DNA of 64,000 bases, taken from the NCBI RefSeq assembly GCF_009914755.1, contig NC_060942.1. One strand, 5' to 3'. Below the pieces are notes generated by a model, which saw only the letters and a list, made by a program, of their open reading frames with translations, was not told where the DNA came from and ran no database searches. The stretch comes from the human T2T-CHM13v2.0 reference genome, Homo sapiens. Positions within the stretch are counted from its first letter, which is position 1. Every line of letters starts with the position of its first letter. This document shows, piece after piece, positions 12,290-29,585 of the stretch. The position numbers and the translations under genes are program-made.

Positions 12290-12475
12290 GTAAGAAATGC
12301 TTACTGAAATATTCTAACTAGTGAAAGATGGAACCATTTTTAATAAGGTTTCTTATTGAGAATCAATATTGATACTAATTCATTATTAACTTTCTTCGAA
12401 ATCCAGCTCTCTAAATGCATAAGAGGAATACTTATTCTGTACCAAAATATTTGTGTTTGTTAAAAATATTAACTA

Positions 12476-12892
<417 letters not shown>

Positions 12893-13335
12893 TTAAACTA
12901 ACAATTAAGCAGTTTCCCAGATAAAAACAGTAGAAATTACATGAGTAGAGAAAAATACTTATGGTAGGTAATTGCTTCCATGGGAATTACAGAAAGAGCA
13001 GAATTCAGTTTACTTTGAAGATGCACAGCCTTCAGATCAATTGAGAAAAGAATGCATTGTATAAAAAATGATAGCATGGATCACTTCTGAATGTTTATCA
13101 TATTAAAATGCAGTTTGGTTCACATTTGCATTATTTAGGGCTGCTTTTCCTAATCACTTGGATGGCAGTATTGCTTATGCAAAAGAGTGACATCAATCTT
13201 AGTTTTCTCTCATTTTTCAGAATATACATTTCTTTAAAATATTTGGTCATTTCATAAAGCATGTTTCAAAGGAAAAGTATTTGTTAAGCTTCTCAGAAAG
13301 TCATTTTCATTTTTGTTACAGTGCACCAGAAGTGA

Positions 13336-13337
13336 GT

Positions 13338-13378
<41 letters not shown>
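13336..13378. repeat. (TG)n microsatellite with TA interruptions
   Basis: gtgtgtatgtgtgtg...tgtgtatgtgta. Confidence 0.95.
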
Positions 13379-13379
<1 letters not shown>

Positions 13380-13606
13380 TCATCAATAACAGTCTTTCAA
13401 AATTTGTATTGCCTGGCATGGTGGTTTGGAGACATTTTTCATTCTTAGAATCCTCTCTTTGAAGGGAAGCATGTGGAGAAACCAATATGTAAAACAGAGA
13501 GACCCCGCCCTGCCTGCAAGGGCTGTGGCCCCTGGCTCACCCCACCCCTTCTCTACAGAGCACCATTGTCCTGTGGGCTCTGTATTGGGATGGCTAATAA
13601 GAATGA

Positions 13607-13916
<310 letters not shown>

Positions 13917-15639
13917 AAGAATAACTTTTTTAAAAAGCTTTTATTTTCATCCTTTAATATGATTTTTGCTTCTGATAAGCATGCCAGTGTAGAGCCAGTG
14001 ATATCTGTAGAATTTCTAAAATGGAGGAGTGAGGAGTGGCACACTGGCTGGAAGAAGGGGCTGGGCATCTGGCCCCATGTCTTTAACTGGATGGCTTGGA
14101 GAGGGCAAGGGGTTGACGTGGCAGGGGAAGGGGTCGGCAGAAGATGCTCCAGCCACACCAGGATCCTCTGCTAACTGGAGGTGCAGATGTCCTCCCGGTT
14201 CTCACTGATGCTATGTACACTGGCAAAATCACCCAGAACTACATGGTCCTGGTTGAAATCAGGAGTGGTGTTCCCTTTCAACTTCAGATTTAGACATTTA
14301 TAGAAAAGCATCTGAGTTCTTGGATTTATCCTATCATGTTTGCCTAGAAGTAATCGTAAAACATCTTATATATTTGGGGGGAAATGCTATTCTTAACATC
14401 TAGTGAGAAATTAAAATTAAGATTTATTAATCGGTCCCATGTCTTCTTTCTCCTGTTCATAACAGTCTCACGGTTGATGAGGCATCCCATATTCAACCCC
14501 AAATCCAGAAACAATTGGTAACTCCCACCTATATTATCTAAGGAATCCAAAACATCTAATTTGTGAAAGTGTTTTTGGAGCTAAATCATGAACATTTTTA
14601 ATTAAAAACTTGAGAAACCATTTGCTTTGAATGCATGTATTTTCAGATAGATAAATTAAGGTTACTTAAAAGTTATTTTCAGAAAGCATAATTAATTATC
14701 ATTACAGTAAAGGAGAATTTAGCACCAGCAGATGCAAATGTAATTACAGTGCTCTTTCAGAGGTAATACTTTTGTGGGGGTTAGTTTTACTGGTGTTTTT
14801 TAAGCCTAACATTCTGTTGTCTTAAATGTCTATGCACATGTCAAATGAGAGTATATTTTATATATATATTTATGTATATTTATATATTTTTAACATAGCC
14901 CCGACTTATGACTTATATAAATCAGGAAATTAATGTTAAATATGCAACATTCCTTCTGAAAATGCTATTTTTAATTTTAGTATGCACAGAATTTTAGTGA
15001 CATTTATTTCATAGTGCTTGGAAATATTTATATTACTTATTAAATTATGTAGTTCTTGGTTTCATATTTTGATGATCCTCATTCAGAATGATATCAAGAC
15101 AAATCTGACTTATATGCTCCATTGGAAAATTAACTTTTATTTAAAAGAATGTATGTTTTTTATAAACATACAAGTAGAGCTAAATCAAGTATTTTAATAG
15201 TAAACAAAACACTGTTTTACTCAGTCCAGTACTTTTTTGAGATTGAATCCTTGAGAAAGCCTGTCAGTGTCATGGTTCAATTATTTGAGGGTCTTAAGTT
15301 AATTTTCCTGTAGGGGTAAGATAACTTTTGAAACAAATACATTATATTAAAGTTAAAAATTAATTTTAGGGTTCTTCAATTTAAGAAGGAAAAGGAGAAG
15401 AATAACTTATCTTAGAAACAAACATCTTGAGAATTTTCTCTGAGAATATTGCACATGGGGGAAATACGGGTGGGTTGCTCTTTGGGTCTTTTGCTCTCTG
15501 TGGTGTCTTTCATTTGAATTTCAGTTGAATTCCATGAATCTGAAGTTGTAACAGAAAGCAGGCAAATGTGGTTAGTACCTATCAGCCAAGGGCTGCTGTG
15601 GGGAGGTCAGAGAGACTCAGAGGCTGGATCTTATCATCA

Positions 15640-16300
15640 GCCTTACAGGCCAGGTGTGTCCAGACACACGAAGCTTTGGAGGGTTCTAAGCAGTGGAGCC
15701 ATGAGATCTCATTGTGTTTCATCAAGATCACTCTGGCTGTGGATGGAGAACGGATTGTGGGGAGGCAGGAGTTGAAGGAGGGCAACCACTTCGGAGACTA
15801 GTCTAATAATACAGTGGAAAGGTAATGGGAGAGCTTGCAGTGGGAGGGGATCATGGGGGTGGAGAAAAGTGGCCTGAGTTGGGATTTATTTTGGAAACAA
15901 CCATTTAGACTTGTCGGCATGTGGATATGAGTACTGAGGGGAAATAGATCAATCAAGAATGACTCTGAGCGTTTGGGTCTGAATTTCTGCATAGAAGGTA
16001 GAAACAGGTTGGGAGGAGGCAGGTATGAGGAGGTTTTGTTTTCCTGGTGAGTTGGAGATGACTATTACGACATCTAAGTGGAGACACCAGGTGGACAGCT
16101 GGATGCGTGAGGCCCCAGGAGGAGCCATTGCAGAAGGAAGGGATGTCAGCGGTGGGCAGTGCTGACCGGGGAGTCAAGATGGACATTAAGGTTAAAATGG
16201 CTTTGGCGGCTTCAAGGTCACCGGTGACCTTGATAAGGACCCAGGTGGAGGGTATTGAGGAGAGAATGTGATGTGAGTGGGTGCAGGTGGCGGCGGCAGA
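15640..16300 (-). mobile_element. L2 LINE fragment (decayed)
   Basis: aagatcactctggctg...gaatgactctgag...gacatctaagtggaga...ggtgaccttga motifs typical of L2. Confidence 0.65.
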
Positions 16301-17232
16301 TTAGGCTTTCTGGAGGTTTTGCTGTGGAGGAAGGCTGAGGAGCCAGGCAGCAGCTGGGAAGGTAGGCAAGGTCAAGATGAAAGATACAAAACCCTGTCTG
16401 AATGAAAAGGGCTGGAATCACTTGGTAAAGCAGGAGAAAATGACAATACAGAAGAAAGAGGCTGTGTATGGCAGGAGTCCAGTCCTCGAGAAGAATGGGG
16501 TCCGGAACAAAAAAGGACCAGACCAACTCCCCACTTGAGAAGGCAGAGAACAGGTGCAGACGCAGGTATGTTTTCAGATTTGGTGGCAGAGAGGTGAGGG
16601 AGGGCTTGTTAGCAAAGGCTTTTCAAGCAAATTGTGAAAGCAAATTGGTAGCTTACATGGGGATGATCGTCTAGTTTTGCAATTATCCATAAACTGGTAT
16701 TGTTCAGGTTATAATGAACAGTGATGGATGATAAAATTCTTGTGACCTCGAGCTCACGTGATACAGTTATTCCCTTCACAAGCCAGAACTGTAAAGGGGA
16801 GTTTCATACCAGGTCAAAGCAAAAAATAAAAAAACTCCAGTTATCTTCACAGCAAACCGGCAGGATATTTGCTGCAGAATAATGTGAAATCTTTGGAGAC
16901 AAGGTCAGCATATGTTAAATTTTAATTTCAAATGAAATAACACAAACATATTTTACAACACATAAATCACCATAGAAAAGTACTGGGATTAGCTACAAAT
17001 AATGAATTGACAGTTGCCTGATTAGAGTTTTTCTCATGAATACACCCAAAGCTTCAGGTTATCTTTGTTCAAGGCTTGACTCCCCACTCCGTAAGCCCCT
17101 CACTAGTTGGCACTATGTCTTAGCAGCCAAATTTTGCATAGCAGCCAGCAGATGCAATGATGCAAAATAAATAGTCTTAAGTGATTATGCCAAAACATAG
17201 ATTAGCTGATCATTTATGAAATAGGAAAAATA

Positions 17233-17628
<396 letters not shown>

Positions 17629-19149
17629 TCATTTGTTTCATTTTTATTCTTAAAATGTGGATACTTTATTAGCTCTTTTCAAATTGTATTTTGCTAGTTT
17701 TTTCTAAGGGGAAGAGGATAAATCAGGCTAAACAAGAAACAGAAAAGCAGTCTGATCTGTTGGTCAGTACTTTGCCATTACCACCTGGTGTTTCCTAAAT
17801 TATTACCCAGAGAGCAGAGGTCAGTGTTTTGCCTTCCTCCCAGGTGAGAGCTACTCTGTCACTTTCCAACAGCAGCCCCAAGTCAGGAGGCACCCTGTGT
17901 GGCTAACGTCTGAGTGTTCGGTCAGTGTGCAGGCAAAGGAGGCCACAGTGGCCTGGGCCAAGGCCCCGAGAGCCAGACGGCCTGGTGTGACTCTGAGCAA
18001 GTGGCCTACACCCACTGCAGCTTGGGCCCTGCATAGAGAGCCAAGTGCGGTGCCCAGCCCAGGGAGTGCCATGCAGAGCTCCAGCGGCTGCTGCCGTGTG
18101 CTGCCGCCTCTCCTTGGGAGATGTGTGCAGAATCTCCAGAATGCGGTCAGATTCTTCCGCACAATATCTGTGTTCCCTCTCCAAGCCTGTGTCTATCTCC
18201 TGCTAGAAGGCTTTGTGCTGTGGGTTTTCGTGTGTGTGTCTTTTTTTTAACCAACCAAGCTGAAGCCCACCGTGTAAATCAGGTCAGCATGAGTTCCTCC
18301 ACGGCAGCCTCTACTTGGGTTCCCTGCACCCTGGGTGACCATTCCTGCCCAGTACCTCATCAAACCCACCTCCCAGTGCCATCAGAAAATGATGGGGCTG
18401 GCTGTGTTCGCTCCCTGAGGACCAGGCCTCTTTCTCCACCGCCTCCTCTCCCCGCAGCTCGCTCTTGGAGTGCATCTCCTGCTGGGTGCGCTACAAACAA
18501 TCTCCATGTGCCTGCTAACTTAGGTTATGATAGAATCCTCTGAATCCACTTCAGTAAGGACCTGTGGGCACAAGAAGTCAGGGGACAGGCCAATTGGGAT
18601 GTCACACAGTGTGAAAGAACATGAGGTCCCCACACATACAGCAAAACAGCAACCACCTAATTCAAAATGGTACTGAAATTGATTGCCCCACAGCCATCCT
18701 GTTCTTTGCCTTTTGAGCTAGTGAGGTCTGGTGCATGTTTTATGGGAGAAAGGCAACATTTGAGCTGGTGTAAAAAGGGCACAGTAAACTTTCGCCTTCT
18801 GCAGTACACTGAACCTCTTAAAGACGCTTGTGTCTGGCATGGAAGGAAAAAGTACCATGTTTTCCTTCCAGTATTTTCAGATGTAATTAATAAATGGAAA
18901 TTTATTATAGGGGCCCACTTAAGGTCTCACTGCCCCTCTGCTGGGTCTGTCTTGAATGGGAGTCACTGGGAGAAGGGTCTTTGGGCTTGGCGCTTCCCCT
19001 GGGTCTTCATAGGGGCTGAGGCAGGGCTGGTAAGGAGCCCCTGCAGGGGGACACAAGGGTGGACAGGGTGCAGACACCCCCAGGCCTGGGATTCTGTGGA
19101 CAGCATGGTGTTTGTATCTTGAAAGGGGGTCTTAAGGGGAGGTGTGGGG

Positions 19150-19330
19150 CCAGCCCAAACTGTGTTCAAATTCTAGCCCTGCCAGACCCTTTGTATGTGA
19201 CCTTGAGCACACGACCTCATTGCTATCTGCCTTTTCTCAATGGTACAGTAGAGATGATGGCAACACCTACTTCCTGTGGCTGATGTGAGGATTAAACATG
19301 TTAATATCTAAAACAGTGGCTGGGACATGG
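19150..19330 (+). mobile_element. MIR SINE
   Basis: gttcaaattctagc...tgtgaccttgagca...acctacttcc...gtgaggattaaa. Confidence 0.6.
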
Positions 19331-21459
19331 GCGGTACAGCTTTAAAATGAGCAATCCTGCTCTGCTGGAGGAAGTGGAGCAGAGCTAGCGCCATTCTTGG
19401 CCTCGCCTCAGTTGCTGGGGCTGGTTGGTGGCCCCACCTCAGTCCACACGGCCCCCAGGTCCCGTGGTCTGACATGGCTTACTGTCCACTCCCCTCTGGA
19501 TCCACGGGGAGTCAGTCGCACCCCTTAGCTGTCACCGCCTGCACCTCCACCTCAAGCCAGCATTTATAGGCAGTCCCTTCTGTCCCATGCCAAGAGCTGA
19601 CATGCCTAACACTTCACAGCCCTCCTGGGAGAAGGCACCCCTAGTTTTCCCCAAAGGAAGTGAGGCCCCTGACTGCTCAGGAATCCTCATCCCCATGCCC
19701 TCTCAGAGCACAGGTTCTCATGTGGGAGTCCCCCAGGCTCTCTGGCAGGTTACCATGGACCTCCCTTCCTGCCTGTTCTCTGTTACCAGCAGGCCCCAGA
19801 GCTCGGCTCTCCTTCTCTTTCTCTACCTTATTTTCAGTTGGATTTTCTTTGCTAACATTGGCCTTGCTCTTTCCCACCATTTCGGCTTGGCCTGTGTCCT
19901 GGCCTTCTGATCCTGTGGCTGGCCTAGTCTCAGGTTCTTTGAGGCTGCCTGGAACTCCCCTGGATTTTGCAGATTTCTATGGGATTTTTTGCCTCTCTCC
20001 CTAGGCCTGCAGTTTCTGCCCAGTTTTGCTGCAAGTTCCAATAAGCTGCAGCCTCATTCTTTTGTGCTCACCGCAGTGCACCTTTGCTTCGTGCTGTCTA
20101 GTGGTAGAAAGGTGAAATGCACCCTGACTGCACCCCTCACAGGGAGATCATGCTAAAATAAATACTTCACAAATAGTTAGATGTCCTAAGGCATGTTCTC
20201 TGGTTTTTAAAAAAGTCCTAGGAAAGACCTTTTTTTAAAATGCACAATAATCTTTCTTGTTCTAATTTGCACACCTGGTTGCTGGAAGCAGTGAACGCCT
20301 GTGTCTTAGGCTCAGGGCTGCCGTATTGATTCTATAGGGCCTAACAGAAGTCCCACTTTGCAGAGGAAAACAGTGATGTGTGTTGAAAATAGATGGTGCG
20401 TGAGGCCTCAGGGACCATTTGGCCTGACAGCCCCAGCTGAGGACAGGGAGGCACAGGAGGTGGAGAGGGAGAGGCAACATGGAAGTTGATTTCATTTGCC
20501 AGCTGTCCATGGAGCTTCCCAGTAGTTGGCGAAGATGGAACGTGGCTTCCTGAGCTGCCTGTCTTTCCCGTGAAAGGTTGACATCACAGAGTAGTCCATA
20601 AGCAACAGTTTTCAGTGGGGCCACATGGAGGTCCCGAAGCTCTTCTGCCAGCACTGTGGAGGGGAAGCGGGTGACATGGAAGAGGTCACGTGGACTGCCC
20701 TTGCTTCAGTAATTATTCAGTACACATATTATCCATCTTGTGGACACCAAGATGAATAAGGAACAGCACTTTTCTACCTCTGGCAGGGATACAGGCTTAA
20801 GAAATACAGGTGTGTAAGGCTACATTTAAGGAAGTTCTTGGGGCCACCTGGGGACACCCATGCAGCTGGCGTCACACTGAGCTGAATCTTCCTTGAATGG
20901 GACGGGCTTAGAGGGCAGGTGGACATAGAGAGGACAGTGCTTCAGGGTGGGTGGCACCTTCCCTGCAGACCAAAAGCCCAGTCAGGCCACGGCGGGTTAG
21001 GGAGAGTCCTGCGAGCCTGGCCAAGGGGCCTGGGCTTCCTCCTCAAGGCTGGGGAGAACCATTCCACGGTTTTCTTTGGGGGAGTGACAAAAATGCAAGG
21101 TTTTTTTGGAAGGATCACTTCCGAATTCATAAAGAGACCAGGCTTTGTATCTGCTGTGGGGATGGTGCTCTGGGAATTTGTCTGTCATTGGACAAAGGGC
21201 ATTTCCTGTACCAGAAACCTGCTTCCAGGTCTCACATGGCTTATGTCATGATATTAAGGAGGAGGGAAACCCCCACTGAGAATAAGTATTGTATTATTCT
21301 GCACATCTGAGATGCTAATAAAAGGAATTTTTATTATTATAGTAAAACATTTCAGTTAGATAGATTAACCGTATTAGAGCTTCAATAAAGATACTTTTCT
21401 TAAATTCCATTTTTTTCTTTGCAATATTATCATAAGAGGTACTCCTAATCAATGTTAGC

Positions 21460-22797
<1,338 letters not shown>

Positions 22798-22877
22798 TAG
22801 GCTTGAGCAATAAATATGTAAGGGAGAAAACTGCTCAATCTTTTGACTTTCTAAATACCATGATTAAAATAAAATAG

Positions 22878-23148
22878 GTGGCCTATGCCTGTAATCCCAG
22901 CACTTTGGGAGGCCCAGGCGGGTGGATCACTTGAGTCCAGGAGTTTGAGAGACAAGCCTAGGCAACATGGTGAAACCCTGTCTCTACAAAAAATACACTG
23001 GGTGTGGTGGCTGCCACCTGAAATAGCAACTCCCTGAGCCTGGGAGGCAGAGGTCACAGTGAGCCATGATCCAGCCACTGCACTCCTGCCTGGGCGGCAG
23101 AGTGAGACCCTGTCTCAAAACAAACAAACAAACAACAAAAAAAAGAAA
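22878..23148 (+). mobile_element. Degenerate Alu (J-like)
   Basis: gcctgtaatcccagcactttgg...gagaccctgtctc with (CAAA)n tail. Confidence 0.9.
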
Positions 23149-23604
23149 ATGGATGTAAGTTCTGTGTAGCTAGGTGGGGTGGGCTGGAGTCAAAAGAAGC
23201 AGGCATATCTATGAAAGCTGAATATAATAGACTGTACATACTGAAGACTTTATTTTTGTTAATAAAAGCAAATGGTTAAAAGTTGTTTTACATCTATTCT
23301 TCAAATATCTATAAAATCAGTTGATGTTCCTTATGGTTAACAGCACAGGCTGCCCCATAAAAATACCTGATGAAAAAACAATTAGAAAAAGAAAATGGAG
23401 ATGGTGAGGCTGCTTTGTCATCATAAAAAATGCATCATTTCATGCTCTTGATAATAAAAGCACATGGAGGACCAGCCACAACAGCGACCTCTCAAACTCA
23501 CCAGCACACCAAGAAATCGGGGCTTGAGCCACATGACCATTTTTATCTAAAGTGTTTTTTCTTACAGAAAATGAATTAAAAGGCCACAAAGTAATTAAGG
23601 CAAC

Positions 23605-24130
23605 TTTTTTTGGTTTTTAAATTTTTTGATGGATATATAATAGTTGTACATGTTTATAGGGTACGTGTGATATTTTGATGCAAGCATACAGTAAGTTATC
23701 AAATTAGAGTAATTGGAATATCCGTCACCTCAAACATTTATCATTCCTTTGTGTTAGGACTATTCTAATTCCAGTCCTCTAGGTATTTTGAAATATACAA
23801 TAAATTATTAAGTTACAGTTGCCCCATGGTGCTCCTCAATACTGTATCTTATTCCTTCTGTGCATCTGTACTTTTGTGCCCGTTGATCATTCTCTCTTCA
23901 CCCACCTCCCCACTATTCTTCCCAGCCTCTAGTAAGCATCATTCTGTTCTCTACTTCCATGAGGTCCACTTTTTAGCTCCCACATAGGAGTGAGAACATG
24001 TGATATTTGTCTTCCTGTGCTTGGCTTGTTTCCCCTAACACAATGTTCGTTCTATCCATGTTGCTGCAAATGACAGGACTTCATTTTTTTCCACTGCTGA
24101 ATAATATTCCATTGTGTATTTGTGTACCAT
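23605..24130 (-). mobile_element. L1 3' end (L1MA-like)
   Basis: ataatagttgtacat...gggtacgtgtgatattttgat...catcattctgttctctacttccatgag...gagtgagaacatg...tgttgctgcaaatgacagga. Confidence 0.88.
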
Positions 24131-25466
24131 TTTTTTTATTATTATTTCTTGGATAGGATGTCTTTGAAACTTCAAATCCTTTGAAAATGTGAGGCTGAAC
24201 AAAAAAGATTTTTGTTTCCAAAGTTCGCCTCCAGTTTGAATGTATTGGAAGTTTGTTGTTCATCTCTAAGGACCCTTGCTCTTTTCAGAAGAATATGGCG
24301 TTAAACATACCTTAAGTATTAGAGCATTTTGTTCTTATCGTTGCTAGTTTTATGTAACTGAGAGAAAATATTTTGAACGTCTTAGCACTCTCTCAGGAAT
24401 CAGTAGAAGGAGCAGAGCGAGGAGGCTATTCTTATGCCAAATTAAGACTTAAATGAGTCAACACGTGTGGTTTGTGAGAAAAGCACACTAGGTTTTAAGA
24501 GGCAGAATAATGAAGTTGTTCTTGAGGAAGGTTCCTTTGAAACACTGGCTTTCTTATTTTTTAGTTTTGCATGAGAATGTCATCCATGAAGGTGTGGGGG
24601 TTTTTTCACCTTTAAAATAATCTCATACTTTTTTTATCCTGTCATCTTCATGGCATAAATGGAATTAAATCAACTGTATGCATAACATTCTCACTACACA
24701 AAGCAATTCCATTTTTAATTTGTGTTTGTATTTGTTTGGATAGGAAATATTTGTGGATGGCATAAAATCCAAAAGATATAAAGGAGCAGGGAGGGAAGAG
24801 GCTGCTCCTGCCCAGCACCCCCAGAGTCCCCAGAGACAGCCAGTGTGGTGTTTCAACAGAATGGTTGGCCTTAAACTGACTTCGAGTCCCCAAAGGGCGA
24901 TCTTCTCAACCTACTTTTATCTTGTAGTGAAGAGAATCTGTTATAAAATGTTACCGTAGTTAATCTTGTTAGTATGGGGCAAATATCTAACCTGAATTGC
25001 CAAGTAAATGTTTTCCAAGTGAAATTTAACAATAGAGTAAATTAGCTGGAAACTGCTTGGGTGCTGAGACCAAATGCCGGAGTACTTAATTGCAAAAATA
25101 TAGAACGATTTTATTAGACAACCATGAAATACTGGTGTTTTAAAGCGTAGAAGCTGCAGACTTCCTCACTGAGGGAGATCATAAATTGAACAGTTAAGCC
25201 AGGCAGGACGTTTGGAGGGCATTTGATGTAGGTTCAGCGTGGCTAATAACCTGGGATGGCATTTGGTAGTTCTTCGGGACATTTCTTTAACTTTACAGGT
25301 CCTTGCTACATGTCATCTTTCTCACAAGAGTTTCCTGTTCAATCTGTACCCAACCTGTATTCTTCCTTTTGGCTTTAAGACATTTTGTCCCTCCCATACC
25401 CATTTGTATTTTACAGACCCAGTTTGATATTTCTGCCCAGGAAGAAATCCCTGACTTCCCTCCCAT

Positions 25467-26120
25467 ATGCCATGCTTGCACACTTGCATTCTGTGCACCC
25501 TTATGCTTGCACACTTGCTCTCTGTGTGCCTTTACATTTGCATGCTTCCTCTCTGTGCACCCTTATGCTTACACACCTGTTCTCTGTGCCCCCTTATGCT
25601 TGCACACTTGCACTCTAGGCACCCTTATGCTTGCACATTTGCTCTCTGTGCCTTTACACTTGCATGCTTACTCTGTGTGCACCCTTATGCTTACAAACCT
25701 GCTCTGTGCACACTTACACTTGCACACTTGCCTCTGAGCACCCTTATACTTGTACCCCTGCCGCTGTGCACCCTTTTGCTTGCACAGTTGCTCTCTGTGC
25801 ACCTTATGCTTGCATGCTTGCTCTTGCTGCTTGCATGCCTGCACTGTGTGCATCCTTACACTTGCATGCTGTACTCTGTGAGCCCTTGTGCTTGCACACT
25901 TGCACTCTCCACGCCCTTGGCCTTGCACGCTTGTTCTCTGTGCACCCTTAGCTCATACACTTACATTCTGTGTGCTCTTGCACTTGCACACTTGCTCTCT
26001 CTGTTCCCTTAGTTTGCACAATTGCGCTCTGTGCATCCTTGCACTTGCACGCTTGCTGTCTGTGCACGCTTACACTTCCATGCTTGCTCTCTGTGTACCC
26101 TTATTTTTGCGTGCTCCATC
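25467..26120. repeat. Degenerate 31-bp minisatellite, ~21 copies (consensus approx. cccttatgcttgcacacttgctctctgtgca)
   Basis: Anchor cc(c/t)tta recurs at 25498, 25529, 25560, 25591 and 25622 (period 31). Confidence 0.9.
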
Positions 26121-26660
26121 CCACCAGGTCTTGCTCTTACCATCTTCAAAACCCTGCCTTGCCTGCTTTTTTTTCTTCCTCTACCTGAAACACTAAGATT
26201 TCCAAGAACACAGTTTGCATGCTGTGTAGATGTCCTTATTTAAATATTGATTTGCCAAAGGTTAGTCTTGAGTACTTAGTAAGTTCTTAGTAAGACCCAA
26301 ATAACTATAGAAACTAGTTATTTGCCCCCTTTTAAGTCCCTCCAATTAACAAGGCTAGACTTATTTAGAAAGCACATTTATGTGTCATATTTGACATTTT
26401 TTATGCCTGACCTTTGATTCTTAAAGCTCATAGTATGATGAGTCATGTAGTTTTTCCACTAAACATGCCTTTACTGAGGACAGGAACTTGACATGGCATT
26501 TGGCATATAGTTATGCTCAGTAAATGTACATAAAGCCACGTATTTATCAACACCGTACTCAGGACCATGAGTTACACAAAGGAAGTGTTAGTTATGACCT
26601 CTGGCCTCAAAAGCCTTACCACTTAGTGAAGGAAAGGATGTCTGTAATATATAATGTATA

Positions 26661-27565
<905 letters not shown>

Positions 27566-28277
27566 AAATTAATGAAAAATAAGGCATGTAGTTTAATGCT
27601 AACTCATGTGGTATAGACTAGACATTCTGTAGCCATTCAGAAAAGAAGATTAATAAGGACTATTGTGCTCAGACAAAAGTCTTCATTGTTGCACTTCGTA
27701 CAGTAGGGCTTCCTGGGAAGGTAAAATTGTCATCAGCAGAGCCTAGTCAGGAAGCCATATCCCCATCACAAAATCAAGGCCACTCCTAGCATAGCAGCAT
27801 CAGTTTCTCAGGTCTGGGGGACAGTAAGCTTTGGCTAGAGCTCAAGAATGAGCCCTTGGTCTACAAACTTGTTCCATGATGTTCAGAAAAATGAAGAGCA
27901 TCATCTTTTAGCTTAAAGTGAATCCACAGTTGTGGGAGTTAGTTTATTACACATGCACGTAATTACTTAGTGTTTAAAGAAACGTTGGTAAAGAATATGT
28001 TCAAACAAATTGAAGTATATATTTTTTATTTCATGAAGCACGTAAGTTTATGGCAAAAAGATAAACAAATGTTGGTTGCTTCAGTCATTTCCATTTCCAT
28101 TTTCTCATCCCAAGTGGAGGTAAAATGATCCTTACTACAATCTTGCTTATCCTACCTATTTACACACATGTCTAAAATATACACACACACATGCACACAC
28201 ACTGGCACATGCAGAGGCTGAATCATGCACAAAATACGTAAATGATGAACATTTTTTTAAAAATATTACCAAATATT

Positions 28278-28628
28278 GATGGGATATGGCAGTGTTGTTT
28301 TTGAAAAATATGTAACATGACTTTAATATTTTTATAGTTTTCAGAATTAGAATCATAGGAAGGGAAAATGTTTTAATTAGATAATTCAACTTTTTATGTG
28401 TCTGTAGTGGTGTACTATAAAAGCAAATTATAAAGCATTATTAAATATTCATAATAATTTTTAATATTACCTGCATTATGAATTTAACTAAAATAAAGTG
28501 AGTTGTACATTTTTAATTGAGTTGTTTCAATAGCTGGAAGCATCCTGAAGCATTATATTAATTTTTGAACTATTTGAATTCAAACTGAGTATGATTTGAA
28601 AATAAATTAATAATTTAAAAACAAAAAT
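28278..28628 (+). pseudogene. Orphan 5'-truncated retro-insertion (3'-UTR-like sequence, donor unidentified)
   Basis: Perfect 19-bp direct repeat aaaaatattaccaaatatt at 28259-28277 and 28629-28647, TT/AAAA target, AATAAA at 28601-28606, A-rich tail from 28617. Confidence 0.8.
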
Positions 28629-29274
28629 AAAAATATTACCAAATATTAAACTTACCTCAATGATTATTCTTCAGAAACATCTGAAAAGAATGATATTTTC
28701 ATAGCAAAACCTTTAGAATCATCTCTGAAAAAAGAAAAAAGGGAAAACATATTTTCTCTTAATTTTCCTCCCTACTGCCACCACCCATGTGAGAATCATA
28801 TGAGTTTGACCACCCATTATTCTTGATTGTTTCTAGAGCTGTCTATGCAATCTCAGTCAAACGAGTAATTTTTAACCAGAGTATTTGTAGAAAAATAACA
28901 GTTATTTGAGTTTTCATTTTTATTAAAAATAATGTTAAAGATTTTATGGCATTATTATCAGGTTGCATTTTTTTTAATCCACAGGAGTGTACCATTACCC
29001 TAAAGAATACCTTTTAAATTATTGGGAGGTTCCTATCTCCATTTTCTCAAGCTTAAATAATCTCCTTAAATAATCTAAATTTTAGATATTATGTAAGTGT
29101 TCTAATACTTTACATATTGAATGAAGATATATCATTTTAAGGTATTTAGTTTTAAATTTAAGTTTTTTAAAAATAGTTCTTAAGGTGTTATATGTTTACT
29201 TTTTTTCTTAAATCACGTGGCATCAGCTGACATCTTTAACTGCTTGAAAGAATTAAGCCAATAAATATTATCAT

Positions 29275-29585
<311 letters not shown>

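Noticed and set aside
20262-20654. 130-aa minus-strand ORF with protein-like composition
   Set aside because: No recognisable family, and no TSD, poly(A) or splice support; a BLASTX search would be needed to revisit it.
25303-26243. Cys/His/Leu-rich ORFs resembling metal-binding proteins
   Set aside because: Translation artefacts of the degenerate 31-bp minisatellite.
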